Of a DNA stretch of 64,000 bases, positions 46,840 through 56,242 are shown piece by piece. Under the pieces are notes generated by a model. That model saw only the letters and a program-made list of their open reading frames with translations, ran no database searches and was not told the origin of the DNA. Each line of letters starts with the position of its first letter. Position 1 is the stretch's first letter. The DNA is from Candidatus Latescibacterota bacterium (GTDB taxonomy: Bacteria; Latescibacterota; UBA2968), in the NCBI GenBank assembly GCA_965207885.1, contig OZ242311.1, positions 704,001-768,000 of the forward strand. Reading direction: 5' to 3'. The position numbers and the translations under genes are program-made.

Positions 46840-48036
46840 CATAGTACACGACAAAACCTAAATCGGGTTAAAATCTGGCGGATTAATCAGTAAACGAATG
46901 CATTTGAGGAACTGCTGGGCTTGTTGGTGTATATTGAGCAGGACATACTGCAAATAGTCCAACCCATATCGGAAGAGACTTTTTTCCATCCGTCCGTGGT
47001 TTTTGACCTTCAAAGGTTTTGTAAGGGCGATCCATTCGCCGATGATATGGGCCCAGGTGCAGGCAATAGCCAAAAGCGCGATGAGTTTTTCAATGCGATC
47101 TTGATGTATAAGGTGGGTCTCTTCCAGATTAAATCCTCGACTTTTCAAATTTGCAAAAAGGACTTCAATGCCCCAACGTTTTTTATACACCTCCAATGCG
47201 ACTTGACGTTGTTGGTTGCTTGCAAGAATGAGGTATTGATCCTTCAATCTTAGTGCAGACACATACACAGGTAGGTCATAAACGCGGCGAGGTCTTTGTA
47301 GGCTGACCTGCTGATGGATGTGCAAATTTTCAAAGAGTTTTTTTATGGGTATCTCTCTATCTGCCCTTGAGACAAGGGCATTTTCCTTGATGCGGATGAC
47401 AAAAGGGATGTTTTGTGTGTCTAACCACGCAAACCATTCTCTTCCAATGAATTCTCTATCTGCCAATACAACGCGGATATGAGACTTGGGAATGCGCGTA
47501 AGCACCTGTTTCATCAAATTGATACGCTCATCACTATTGGAATTGCCTCGTTTTTTTAACAAGTGCCAACACATAGGAAAGGCGACCCCTTCATAGATAA
47601 TGCCTGCGGTTAGGATGTTGATATTGAATTTGCCTAACTTCCAATTAGTGCGATCTATTGAGACTGCAAAATCGGTCTTTATAGGTAATAAGTGCAAGAT
47701 CAGTCGCGTCACGGCTTCATAAGGAATGTCAAACTCAGCGAAAAAACGCTGTATCCTGCGGTAATTTGATTGCGGTTTGACCTGTCCATTTAGCGCATTA
47801 GCCAATTTGGCGAAGTTGACCCTGCTCAGCTTGACCAAAGACAAGATGAAGGCCGCTGTGAAAGTGATGCGTGCTTTATGCCACCCAAAATGGCCTTGCA
47901 ATACATGGTGAAGTTGTATAACTTGACGAGACATAGACCTGTGCCTTGTTGAGATGAGAAGGTTCGTTTTCACACATTCAAACCTAACTCTTTTTCACGT
48001 TTTGCACAGGTCTTTTATTTTTTGTCGTGTACTTTA
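46840..48036 (-). mobile_element. IS4-family (IS10-like) insertion sequence
   Basis: Terminal IR core AGTACACGACAAAA (46843-46856) / TTTTGTCGTGTACT (48020-48033); 9-bp flanks ATAAAAAAT / ATAAAACAT; lower GC. Confidence 0.85.
46858..47934 (-). CDS. IS4-family DDE transposase
   Basis: IDRTNW, LADREFIG, Y..RW.IE..F..LK (YREK motif). Confidence 0.92.
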   Translation of the reverse strand: MSRQVIQLHHVLQGHFGWHKARITFTAAFILSLVKLSRVNFAKLANALNGQVKPQSNYRRIQRFFAEFDIPYEAVTRLILHLLPIKTDFAVSIDRTNWKLGKFNINILTAGIIYEGVAFPMCWHLLKKRGNSNSDERINLMKQVLTRIPKSHIRVVLADREFIGREWFAWLDTQNIPFVIRIKENALVSRADREIPIKKLFENLHIHQQVSLQRPRRVYDLPVYVSALRLKDQYLILASNQQRQVALEVYKKRWGIEVLFANLKSRGFNLEETHLIHQDRIEKLIALLAIACTWAHIIGEWIALTKPLKVKNHGRMEKSLFRYGLDYLQYVLLNIHQQAQQFLKCIRLLINPPDFNPI

Positions 48037-48102
48037 ATAAAACATAGAAAAAGTTTGAACCTTTTGGCATAATAGGATAAATCAAAATTTTTTTGTCCGC
48101 TC

Positions 48103-48132
48103 TTGACAAGTGTAACCGTATATGGTTACATT
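48103..48132 (+). promoter_or_regulatory. Promoter with overlapping palindromic operator for the DUF4160 pair
   Basis: TTGACA (48103), TGTAACC-N6-GGTTACA (48111-48130), TACATT; ATG at 48138 implies a near-leaderless mRNA. Confidence 0.7.
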
Positions 48133-48137
48133 TAAGA

Positions 48138-48332
48138 ATGGGTAGAATTCGGCGAGGAAATTTCATTTTTGTGTTTTGGGCTGGCGACCATCCCCCAAGA
48201 CACGTTCACGTCTATCGGTCGGGTAAGCTGGTCGTTAAATGGGATTTGGAAAATAATAGGGCGATGAAGGGAAAGCCGACGGGTCAAATTTTAAAATATA
48301 TACGAGAATTGCAAGATAGGGGAGCGCTTTGA
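48138..48332 (+). CDS. DUF4160 (HicA-like) putative toxin
   Basis: DHPPRHVHV motif, 64 aa, basic. Confidence 0.75.
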   Translation: MGRIRRGNFIFVFWAGDHPPRHVHVYRSGKLVVKWDLENNRAMKGKPTGQILKYIRELQDRGAL

Positions 48333-48802
48333 AAATTCGAAAAGTTGTGCCGAATAATCGGAAGAAGGCTTTTGAGGTTCACACGTACAATAATACCTAT
48401 CTGTTTCCCTATGCGGTTGTGCGACCAATACCGCAAAAAGGGCGCTGGGTTGTCAAAGTTTATGTCGATTCCGAGTTGGATAATGAAGGGTTTGTCTATG
48501 TGCTCGCTTCTGGAGATGAGGGGACGGTTCATATCGATCATGTGCTCGAATACAATCGCGATCCCGGTTATATGGCAGATTTGTTGCTCTATGAGTTGAC
48601 GTGCCGGGTTCGGGAGGCTGTGGAGAAGTCGCCGTTGAGTACCCGTGAGATTATTCGTCGGCTGGGTACATCACCCGCGCAATACTATCGTCTTCTGGAC
48701 CAGACCAATTATCGCAAATCCGTTCGGCAAATGTTCGCGTTATTTCATATTGTGAACTGTAAGGTCGAATTTGTGGTAGAAGCTGATTGCTTTGTCAAAT
48801 AA
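48329..48802 (+). CDS. Putative antitoxin with C-terminal HTH
   Basis: Overlaps the upstream stop; LSTREIIRRLGTSPAQYYRLLD. Confidence 0.65.
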   Translation: MKIRKVVPNNRKKAFEVHTYNNTYLFPYAVVRPIPQKGRWVVKVYVDSELDNEGFVYVLASGDEGTVHIDHVLEYNRDPGYMADLLLYELTCRVREAVEKSPLSTREIIRRLGTSPAQYYRLLDQTNYRKSVRQMFALFHIVNCKVEFVVEADCFVK

Positions 48803-48820
48803 GTTTTTTGCGTTAATCCA

Positions 48821-48891
48821 CTGGACTCCTGCTTTCGCAGGAGTGACGAACGCTGGTTGTCATTGCGGCATGATGTTGAGCCGCAATCCAG
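48821..48891. repeat. Divergent pair of GTCA-hairpin-CCAG elements
   Basis: CTGGACTCCTGCTTTCGCAGGAGTGAC (minus-strand variant) and GTCATTGCGG...CCGCAATCCAG (48859-48891). Confidence 0.8.
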
Positions 48892-49028
48892 TCTATCGGA
48901 AAAACATATCAGTAAATTTTTTTGACAGACTATGATGTTACGCAGTAAAAAAGTTTGAACCTTTTGATACAACAGGTGTATGCTATGGATAGAGACGCGC
49001 AGGTAAATCACGTATTGTTTGGTTTTTT

Positions 49029-49616
49029 ATGTTCCTGAAAAAATATCACACGCTTTCCGATGAAAAGCTCATGTCCCGCATTCAGCGGGGCGATACGGCC
49101 GCTTTTGACGAACTCTATACCCGATATAGCAAGCGGATGCTTTATTATTTTCATCGCATGCTGGGGGGGGACGAGGAGAAGGCGCAGGATTTTTTGCAGG
49201 ATTTGTTTTTGAAAATTGTCGAGAAGCCCGCCCGTTTTAAGCGGGGGAATGCGTTTGCGTCCTGGCTTTATACGGTTGCACACAATATGTGCAAGAATGA
49301 GTATCGCAAGCAGAGTGTGCGGAAGGTTGTGGTTAATGATCCCGATATCGATATGCATTGTGGGTGGGTTGATGGTGCTTATGCCATAGAAAAGGCGTGC
49401 GATGAACGGGCTTTTTTGCGCGCGCTGATGGATGAACTGGATAAGCTCAGTGTGGATCAGCGCACGACGTTTTTATTGCGGCATCAGGAGTGTCGCAGTA
49501 TTCGAGAGATTAGCGAGATTCTCCAGTGTCCCGAGGGGACGGTTAAATCGAGGCTGCACCATGTTACGCAGAAGCTGGCAGAAAGACTTCAGGGGCGAAA
49601 TTCCCTGTGTGGATGA
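49029..49616 (+). CDS. ECF sigma-70 factor
   Basis: SDE.LM......D..AF..LY.RY, AQD.LQD.F, WLY.VA.N, EISEIL.CPEGTVKSRLH. Confidence 0.92.
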   Translation: MFLKKYHTLSDEKLMSRIQRGDTAAFDELYTRYSKRMLYYFHRMLGGDEEKAQDFLQDLFLKIVEKPARFKRGNAFASWLYTVAHNMCKNEYRKQSVRKVVVNDPDIDMHCGWVDGAYAIEKACDERAFLRALMDELDKLSVDQRTTFLLRHQECRSIREISEILQCPEGTVKSRLHHVTQKLAERLQGRNSLCG

Positions 49617-49620
49617 GGAG

Positions 49621-50037
49621 ATGGATATGAGGCGGGTTATTCCGTTTAAAAGGAAAGAGAATGTGGATGAGTTGCTGAGCCAGGTGCTCGTGGTTCCCAG
49701 GTCCGGCGGTCTTGAACCCGATCCGGCGATTCGCAATGCTGTTGTTGCTCAGATGTCTGCACGAGAACGCGGTGGGTTCAATGTGTTGCGTTCTTTCAGG
49801 TTTTCGGTGCGCTTGCCCGTTTATCAGATGGCTTTTGCGATGGGGATTGTCCTGTTTGCTGTTTTGGGTATCCGCCAGTCGCAGCCCGATCCCGCGACGA
49901 CAGGGTCCCCCGAATCGCCAGTTGCGGTTATGGATACGAGCCGGACCGATTCTCCCCGGGTTTCGTTTTCGGATACGCTCTCACAACGCGCTATTACTAC
50001 TATTTTTTCCGCTTCGAGTCCTGTAGATAGTCTTTGA
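49621..50037 (+). CDS. Putative single-TM anti-sigma factor
   Basis: Immediately after the ECF sigma, RBS GAGGAG, one central TM helix. Confidence 0.55.
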   Translation: MDMRRVIPFKRKENVDELLSQVLVVPRSGGLEPDPAIRNAVVAQMSARERGGFNVLRSFRFSVRLPVYQMAFAMGIVLFAVLGIRQSQPDPATTGSPESPVAVMDTSRTDSPRVSFSDTLSQRAITTIFSASSPVDSL

Positions 50038-50038
50038 T

Positions 50039-51136
50039 TTAGAAGACGATCAGGCCTCGCGCGACTTCTCCAGCCGCCAGCGCGTCAAAGGCTTCGTTGG
50101 CTCCTTCGAGATCAAATCGCCGGGTTACGAGTTCGTCGATTTTTAGTTTTCCAGCGAGGTAGAGTTCTACCATGCGCGGGAAGTCGTCATAGATTCTCGC
50201 ACTTCCATACCTGCAGCCGCGCAGGATGCGTTCGTTGGACTGGAGGCTGCCGGTGTCAAATGTGACGGTGGAACCGGTGGGAGGCAGGCCGATGAGCAAG
50301 CACTGGCCCCTGGATGCGAGACAGTCCCAGGCTTGATTGATGACTTGCGCGTTGCCGACTGCTACAAATGAATAATCCGCGCCGCGTCCGGTGAGGTCTT
50401 TTATGGCTTCGACCGGATTTTCTTTGCTGGCGTCTATGGTGTGTGTTGCGCCAAAGGATTTCGCGTATTCCAGTTTGGCGGGGTTGATATCGACTGCTAT
50501 GATGGGGTGTGCCTGTACCAGGGTTCCGCCCTGTATGACGTTGAGGCCAATTCCCCCGGTGCCGAATACGGCCATGCTCGCTCCGGGCGTTACGGCTGCT
50601 GTGTTGATGACGGAGCCTACGCCGGTCATGACGGAGCAGCCGATTAAGGCGGCTACTTCGAGGGGCATGTCTTCCCGGATGGGGACGGCACAAGAGGCGG
50701 GCATGACGGAATATGAGGCGTAGCTACACGCGGGTCCGTAATGGTACACGGTTTGGCCTTTTATTTTCATTCTGGATGTGCCGTCCATTAATACGCCTTT
50801 GCCCGGTGGGGTGCGTTCACACAGGTGCGATAGTCCGGTTGCGCAGTAGTGACAGCGCCCGCATGTCGATGCCCAGGATAGGATGACGTGGTCGCCGGGT
50901 TTTACGTGTCGAACGCCGGGTCCCACTTCTTCGACGATTCCAGCCCCTTCATCGCCGAGTACCATGGGCATTGGATATCCGGTCCAGCTGCCATCTACGA
51001 CGTGCAAACAACTGTGACATACGCCAGTGGCGGTCATGCGTACCATGACTTCGTCTTCTTTCGGTCCTTCCAGGTCCAGGTCCGCTACTTCCAGCGGTCT
51101 TCCCGGCTCATAGAGTAGCGATGCTTGCATTTTCAT
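50039..51136 (-). CDS. Zn-dependent alcohol dehydrogenase (class III-like)
   Basis: GVCHS, GDEGAG (GHE variant), CGRCHYC.......C, GCSVMTG, GTGGIG. Confidence 0.9.
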   Translation of the reverse strand: MKMQASLLYEPGRPLEVADLDLEGPKEDEVMVRMTATGVCHSCLHVVDGSWTGYPMPMVLGDEGAGIVEEVGPGVRHVKPGDHVILSWASTCGRCHYCATGLSHLCERTPPGKGVLMDGTSRMKIKGQTVYHYGPACSYASYSVMPASCAVPIREDMPLEVAALIGCSVMTGVGSVINTAAVTPGASMAVFGTGGIGLNVIQGGTLVQAHPIIAVDINPAKLEYAKSFGATHTIDASKENPVEAIKDLTGRGADYSFVAVGNAQVINQAWDCLASRGQCLLIGLPPTGSTVTFDTGSLQSNERILRGCRYGSARIYDDFPRMVELYLAGKLKIDELVTRRFDLEGANEAFDALAAGEVARGLIVF

Positions 51137-51196
51137 GGGGTGTCTCCTTAAAAAATGATGTGTTTCTTGTTTTAATTCATGCCTATCAACAGAGCC

Positions 51197-51311
51197 GTCA
51201 TCGCGGCATGTTTTTAGCCGCGATCCAGAAGGTTTTATCTGCCTTTGATTTCGCCTTTGATTTTGCCTTTCATCCTGTCCATCCTTTCATCCTGCCCATC
51301 CTGATTCAGAC
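51197..51311 (+). repeat. GTCAT-hairpin (51197-51228), TTTGCC run and uninterrupted ATCCTG element
   Basis: Read directly from the sequence. Confidence 0.85.
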
Positions 51312-51326
51312 TGTGGTTGACTTCCC

Positions 51327-52658
51327 CTACACCATAACCTCCGGCGTCTCATTCGGCGAGCGGCCGTCGGAATTGTTGACCTTGGATCCGCTCGGTGCAG
51401 CGATGTGCCCCTCTGGCAAGAGGGGATCATTTGTTTCTTCCATCCATGTGTGCAATCGATGGCTCAGACCTTTCCGCACAGTTGCCATGTCTTCCCGGTC
51501 GATGATGTTGTGCGTTTCATCGGGGTCGAATATGAGGTCGTACAACATTTCCTGATCGCGCGGCAATTTTTCCCAGTTTTGATTGAGTAGGTACGCTTTT
51601 GTAGGTGTGTCATCTACGTTGGGCAATACGAGTTTGTCGCGGTTGTCGTATCGCCGGATATATTTGTATCTTTCGGTGCGGATGCTCCGCATGGGTTCGT
51701 ACGCGGCGTGATAGGTGACTTCTGAAAAGATTTCTTCCCGATGGCGGTCTTCGTTTATCAGAGGGTGCAGGGATTTTCCCTGTACGTGGTCGGGTGTTTC
51801 TATGCCGGCAGCGCGATATGCCGTGGGTAACAGGTCCATCAGGCTGACCATCGCGTTTATGACTTTTCCGCCTTCAAATCCGCCGGGTCCGCGTATGATG
51901 AGGTACACGCCGATGCCGTGGTCTGTCAGGTTGCACATGTTGCGCGGAAATTGCAGGCCGTGATCGGCAAAGCAGAATACGAGGGTGTTGTCGGATAGGC
52001 CGGTTTCTTCGAGTGCTGCGAGTACGTTGCCGTAGTGGTTGTCCATGATGCGCGCAGAGGCTTTGTAGTCGGCTGTGTCTGCCCGGGTTTCCGGTGTGTC
52101 GGGCAGGGGACGAGGTGGGGTGCAGTATTGTTCGCGTTCTGCGGGGTATTTGTCGGGTTCGGCACTGTGAAATGGTCGGTGCGTTTCGTTTAGGCCGAGG
52201 TTGAGGAAGAAGGGTTGTTGGGGTGCGTTTTTTATGAAATCCACGACGGCGTCCGCGGGTTCGATCCATTTGGGCTGTCCGGGGTAATTTGTGTCCAGTC
52301 CGGAGAGGATTTCGTCGTATCCAATGGTGTCCAGGTCCGGTGCGGTATGTTCCACGCCAGCGGTTGCGGTGAAATAGCCATGTGTCTTGAAGATGCGGGC
52401 TGCATGCCAGTCGTAATTCGTCATGGCAAAGCCGCGGTGTGCAAGGCCTGTCATGCCACAGGTGTGGGGGTACATGCCGGTTAAGAAGCTGGCTCTGCTG
52501 GGCGAACAGGTGGGGGCTGTGGCATACGCCCGCCGAAATAAGACGCCTTGTTCTGACAGTTGCTGCATGTGCGGCGTTGGTACGGCGTGTCCGTAGGGTT
52601 CAATATAGGTTCCGGTGTTGTGCGAGTGCATAAATAAGATGTTTGGTCGGTCGTTCAT
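51327..52658 (-). CDS. Sulfatase (N-sulfoglucosamine sulfohydrolase-like)
   Basis: CSPSRASFLTG, HRPF, ADHG, PMRSIRTERYKYI. Confidence 0.9.
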   Translation of the reverse strand: MNDRPNILFMHSHNTGTYIEPYGHAVPTPHMQQLSEQGVLFRRAYATAPTCSPSRASFLTGMYPHTCGMTGLAHRGFAMTNYDWHAARIFKTHGYFTATAGVEHTAPDLDTIGYDEILSGLDTNYPGQPKWIEPADAVVDFIKNAPQQPFFLNLGLNETHRPFHSAEPDKYPAEREQYCTPPRPLPDTPETRADTADYKASARIMDNHYGNVLAALEETGLSDNTLVFCFADHGLQFPRNMCNLTDHGIGVYLIIRGPGGFEGGKVINAMVSLMDLLPTAYRAAGIETPDHVQGKSLHPLINEDRHREEIFSEVTYHAAYEPMRSIRTERYKYIRRYDNRDKLVLPNVDDTPTKAYLLNQNWEKLPRDQEMLYDLIFDPDETHNIIDREDMATVRKGLSHRLHTWMEETNDPLLPEGHIAAPSGSKVNNSDGRSPNETPEVMV

Positions 52659-52801
52659 GCAATCCTTCCTTGTGGTGGGGCTTGTTTGTTTATATCTTAA
52701 TCCGCCCATTGTAATGGATTTGTCGCGGAATTGAAATAGTTTTTTCACTTTTAACTTCACATCCTGAAAATTCAGGGCTATTTCGCAGGAGAATTGGATC
52801 A

Positions 52802-53416
52802 ATGAAGAAGGTTTTTATCTATTTGGATAATTCCAATATTTTTATTAGCGCACAAGAGGCCGCTGCAGAGCGTGAGGGGGAGGCCGCTCGCTCGCGCGTG
52901 CGTATTCATTTTCGCAATCTTCTCGCTCTGGCACATGCAGGCCGACCGATTGAGCGGGCGATAGCTGTTGGCTCTATTCCACCAGAGTTGCGTCAGATGT
53001 GGAATCGCCTCGAGAATGAGGATGTTGAGGTGCAGTTGTTGGAACGCGGGGCATTGCAGGGTAGCGAACAGGGCGTGGATCAAGTTTTGCAAACGATTAT
53101 GCTTCGAGATACTGTAGATTATAATGGCGTACCGGGCATTGCTGTTCTCCTTACCGGCGATGGTAGTGGCTTTGTCGATGGCGTTGGATTTCACGCGGAC
53201 ATAGAGCGCATGCATGGCAGGGGCTGGGATATAGAAGTGCTGTCTTGGCGTCACAGTTGCAACCGCCGCATGCGGGAATGGGCAGAGGAGAACGGAAAGT
53301 TTATCGCATTGGATGATTTCTACAATAGCATTACGTTCCTGGAAGGCGCGTGGCCGGGACAACCCGTTGCAGACCCGCGGTATGCAGAGCCATTGCAACT
53401 CGACTTGCGCTCATAA
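52802..53416 (+). CDS. NYN-domain (PIN-like) protein
   Basis: IYLDNSNI, EQGVD, LLTGDG.GF. Confidence 0.82.
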   Translation: MKKVFIYLDNSNIFISAQEAAAEREGEAARSRVRIHFRNLLALAHAGRPIERAIAVGSIPPELRQMWNRLENEDVEVQLLERGALQGSEQGVDQVLQTIMLRDTVDYNGVPGIAVLLTGDGSGFVDGVGFHADIERMHGRGWDIEVLSWRHSCNRRMREWAEENGKFIALDDFYNSITFLEGAWPGQPVADPRYAEPLQLDLRS

Positions 53417-53439
53417 AGAAAACGATCTCATCTCCCGTC

Positions 53440-53925
53440 ATGGATATTCACCCTCTTGTTACACACTTTCCCATTGTCTTGTTGGTCATTGGCGTTGTTT
53501 GTGATGCGATTGGCATATTGCGTCACCGCGATTTTTTTGTGCGAGTGGGGTTTTTGCTCTTTTCGCTCGGTGCTTTGACCGCGATTCCGGTCGCACTCAC
53601 AGGGGATAGTGCTGCCGAGGTTGCGCAACATATCGATGGTATTGCCGCAGATTTAGAGGTTCACGATACGCTGGGTACGGTCACCGCGTTTCTGGCTGTT
53701 GCGCTGGCACTGGTACGCACGCATTTTGTTTTGAAGAAGAAATTTGTCGGGTTTGTTCGCTATGTGTATCTCGTTTTTGGTCTTGTTACTGCGGGTCTGG
53801 TGTGCGCGGCGGGATATACGGGTGGATATCTGGTTTATTTTTACGGCGCTGGAACAGAGCCAGTCACGTCGCAGATTGAGTTGGAAAAGCGCGTGCCGCG
53901 AGTCGATAAATTTGAGAGCAGGTAG
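53440..53925 (+). CDS. DUF2231 membrane protein
   Basis: HPLVTHFPIVLL ... H ... GY.GG.LVY.YGAG. Confidence 0.8.
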   Translation: MDIHPLVTHFPIVLLVIGVVCDAIGILRHRDFFVRVGFLLFSLGALTAIPVALTGDSAAEVAQHIDGIAADLEVHDTLGTVTAFLAVALALVRTHFVLKKKFVGFVRYVYLVFGLVTAGLVCAAGYTGGYLVYFYGAGTEPVTSQIELEKRVPRVDKFESR

Positions 53926-53930
53926 AGACA

Positions 53931-54647
53931 ATGCCGATTTATCTCAAAAATCCGCACAGTATTCTGGCGGTGCTGAAAAAGCGTCCGCAGGATATTTTCG
54001 AGATTCGATTGCCTGCCAAACCGAGCGGTGATGCGTGGCGGACTGTGCGGGAACGGGCAGAGGAGATCGGTGTGCGCGTGTTTTTCGGGCGGGGCGAACA
54101 GGGGTCTGTGCGGCAGGGTCGGTCTCGTGGAGGAGACGCTGAAGCTGCGGTTAAAGAACATCCGGGTTGTGATCTCGCGGAGCTGTTTGCCGATAATGGG
54201 GGTCTTTTTTTGGCGCTGGATACGGTTCAGGATCCGCAAAATTTGGGGGCGGTTTTTCGCACGGCGGCTTTTTTTGGGGTGCGCGGTGTTTTGCTTAGTC
54301 GAGATCGTTCCGCTTCGATGACGGGCGCGGTTTACGATGTTGCTTCGGGGGGTGTCGAGTATGTTCCGTTTTCTGTTCAGACAAATTTGAGCCGGGCGTT
54401 GGATGTGGCGAAGGATGCGGGGTTGTGGGTTTTGGGGACTTCTGAGCATGCGGAGAAGGATCTGAGCGCGTTTTCGGCGGATCGCCCCTGGCTTCTGGTG
54501 CTGGGGAATGAGGAGAGCGGGATGCGACGCCTTACGCGCGATAAGTGCGACGAGGTATGCCGCATTGCCCCCCGCGGCGCTATCGGGTCTCTGAATGTGT
54601 CTGCCGCTGCCGCGATTTGTATGCATCATTTTACAAGGGATGAGTAA
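53931..54647 (+). CDS. TrmH/RlmB-family RNA 2'-O-methyltransferase
   Basis: LDTVQDPQNLGAVFRTA, LGNEESG, SLNVSAA. Confidence 0.88.
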   Translation: MPIYLKNPHSILAVLKKRPQDIFEIRLPAKPSGDAWRTVRERAEEIGVRVFFGRGEQGSVRQGRSRGGDAEAAVKEHPGCDLAELFADNGGLFLALDTVQDPQNLGAVFRTAAFFGVRGVLLSRDRSASMTGAVYDVASGGVEYVPFSVQTNLSRALDVAKDAGLWVLGTSEHAEKDLSAFSADRPWLLVLGNEESGMRRLTRDKCDEVCRIAPRGAIGSLNVSAAAAICMHHFTRDE

Positions 54648-54668
54648 TAACAGAGACGTATCCAATAT

Positions 54669-54726
54669 GTAGGGGCGGGCCCCGTGCCCGCCCGTCATCG
54701 CGGCATGTTTTTGAGCCGCGATCCAG
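54669..54726 (+). repeat. GTAG-REP and GTCAT-hairpin (54694-54726)
   Basis: Read directly from the sequence. Confidence 0.85.
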
Positions 54727-54775
54727 AAGGTTTTTATTTTCGATTGTACCATAAAACTCATAATAGGAGATTATA

Positions 54776-56203
54776 ATGCCAGATAACAGACCAAATATTT
54801 TACTTATTATGACGGATCAGCAGCGCGGCGATTGCCTGGGGATTGAGGGCCATCCCGTGTTGCAGACGCCCAATCTGGACTATATGGCTGCGTCGGGGGT
54901 GCGTTTTCGCCACGCTTATTCGGCTTGTCCGGTGTGTGTGCCGGCTCGCCGTACGGTGATTACGGGGCGCAAGCCGAGCAATCACGGTGCGCTTCAAAAT
55001 GCCCAGGCACCGCTGCCGTGGCCGACTTTGCCCGGGGTTTTGCGCGATGCGGGATATCGCACCCATCTTTCGGGCAAGGCCCACTGGGGTCCGCCTGCGA
55101 GGGAGTTGGGGTTTGATTCTGCGGAATGGGCAGATAGTCCGATTTCAGGGGTTGATAATGATTATCAGAAGTATGTGCGGGAGAATGGTGCGGCGTGGCA
55201 CCGGGCTTCCGATGCGCACGGGATGTATAGCAATGGTTTTCCAGGGCGTCCGTGGCATTTGGATGAGCATTTGCATTTTACGAACTGGTGTACGCAGAAG
55301 GGGCTGGAGTTTATCGATTCGCAAAGGGGGGATCAGCCGTGGTTTTTGGCGGTTAATTTTATCCATCCGCACCAGCCGGTTACGCCGCCTGCGCATTATT
55401 TTGATAAGTATATGGCGATGGATTTGCCCGAGCCTTATGTGGGGGATTGGGCGCGGGTTTTTGACGGTCCCGTGCGGGGGTTGCAGCCGGAGTGCTGGCG
55501 CTTGTGTCTGGATCCTCCGGTTATGAAGGCGACGCGCGCGGGTTATTACGGGTGTGTCGAACATATTGATCATCAGATTGCGCGTCTGGTGAGTGGTCGC
55601 GTGTTGCCGGATAATACGATTGTGGTGTTTGCTTCTGATCACGGAGAGATGCTGGGGGATCATCAGTGGCTGCGTAAGCGCAATCCCTTTGAGCCGTCTG
55701 CGCGGGTTCCGCTGTTGATGAAGTTTCCCGATGGTTTAGGGTTGCCGCAGGAGCAGGTGATCGAGCGTCCGGTTGAGTTGATGGATATTATGCCGACGTT
55801 GCTCGATGCGGTGGGGGTTCCGATTCCGGATACGGTGGATGGGGAGAGTGTTTTGCCGATTATTCGCGATTCACAAGCAGAATGGCGAGATTATGTGCAT
55901 GGCGAGTGCGCGAGTGTGCCTACGTCGAATAGCGGGATGCAATACGTGACGGATGGCAAGCGCAAGTTCGCGTATTTGCCCGGGCAGGGGCGGGAGTTGT
56001 TTTTCGATGTGGAAAATGATCCATGTGAGATGACCAATCTGGCGGATGATCCAGGGTGGGCGGATGAGATCGCAATGTGGCGGTCCCGTCTTATTGGGGA
56101 GCTGATCGGGTGCCCCGAGGGCTTTACTGATGGCGAACAGCTTCTGGTGAAAGACGGCCCAACTGCGGGGACGATTCCGGTTTGGGAAGGGTATGAAGGG
56201 TGA
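54776..56203 (+). CDS. Sulfatase (arylsulfatase/choline-sulfatase-like)
   Basis: TDQQRGD, CVPARR, GKAH, SDHGEMLGDH. Confidence 0.92.
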   Translation: MPDNRPNILLIMTDQQRGDCLGIEGHPVLQTPNLDYMAASGVRFRHAYSACPVCVPARRTVITGRKPSNHGALQNAQAPLPWPTLPGVLRDAGYRTHLSGKAHWGPPARELGFDSAEWADSPISGVDNDYQKYVRENGAAWHRASDAHGMYSNGFPGRPWHLDEHLHFTNWCTQKGLEFIDSQRGDQPWFLAVNFIHPHQPVTPPAHYFDKYMAMDLPEPYVGDWARVFDGPVRGLQPECWRLCLDPPVMKATRAGYYGCVEHIDHQIARLVSGRVLPDNTIVVFASDHGEMLGDHQWLRKRNPFEPSARVPLLMKFPDGLGLPQEQVIERPVELMDIMPTLLDAVGVPIPDTVDGESVLPIIRDSQAEWRDYVHGECASVPTSNSGMQYVTDGKRKFAYLPGQGRELFFDVENDPCEMTNLADDPGWADEIAMWRSRLIGELIGCPEGFTDGEQLLVKDGPTAGTIPVWEGYEG

Positions 56204-56210
56204 AGCACTC

Positions 56211-56242
56211 GTCATCGCGGTATGTTTTTAGCCGCGATCCAG
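56211..56242 (+). repeat. GTCAT-hairpin overlapping the gpmI stop codon
   Basis: Read directly from the sequence. Confidence 0.85.
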
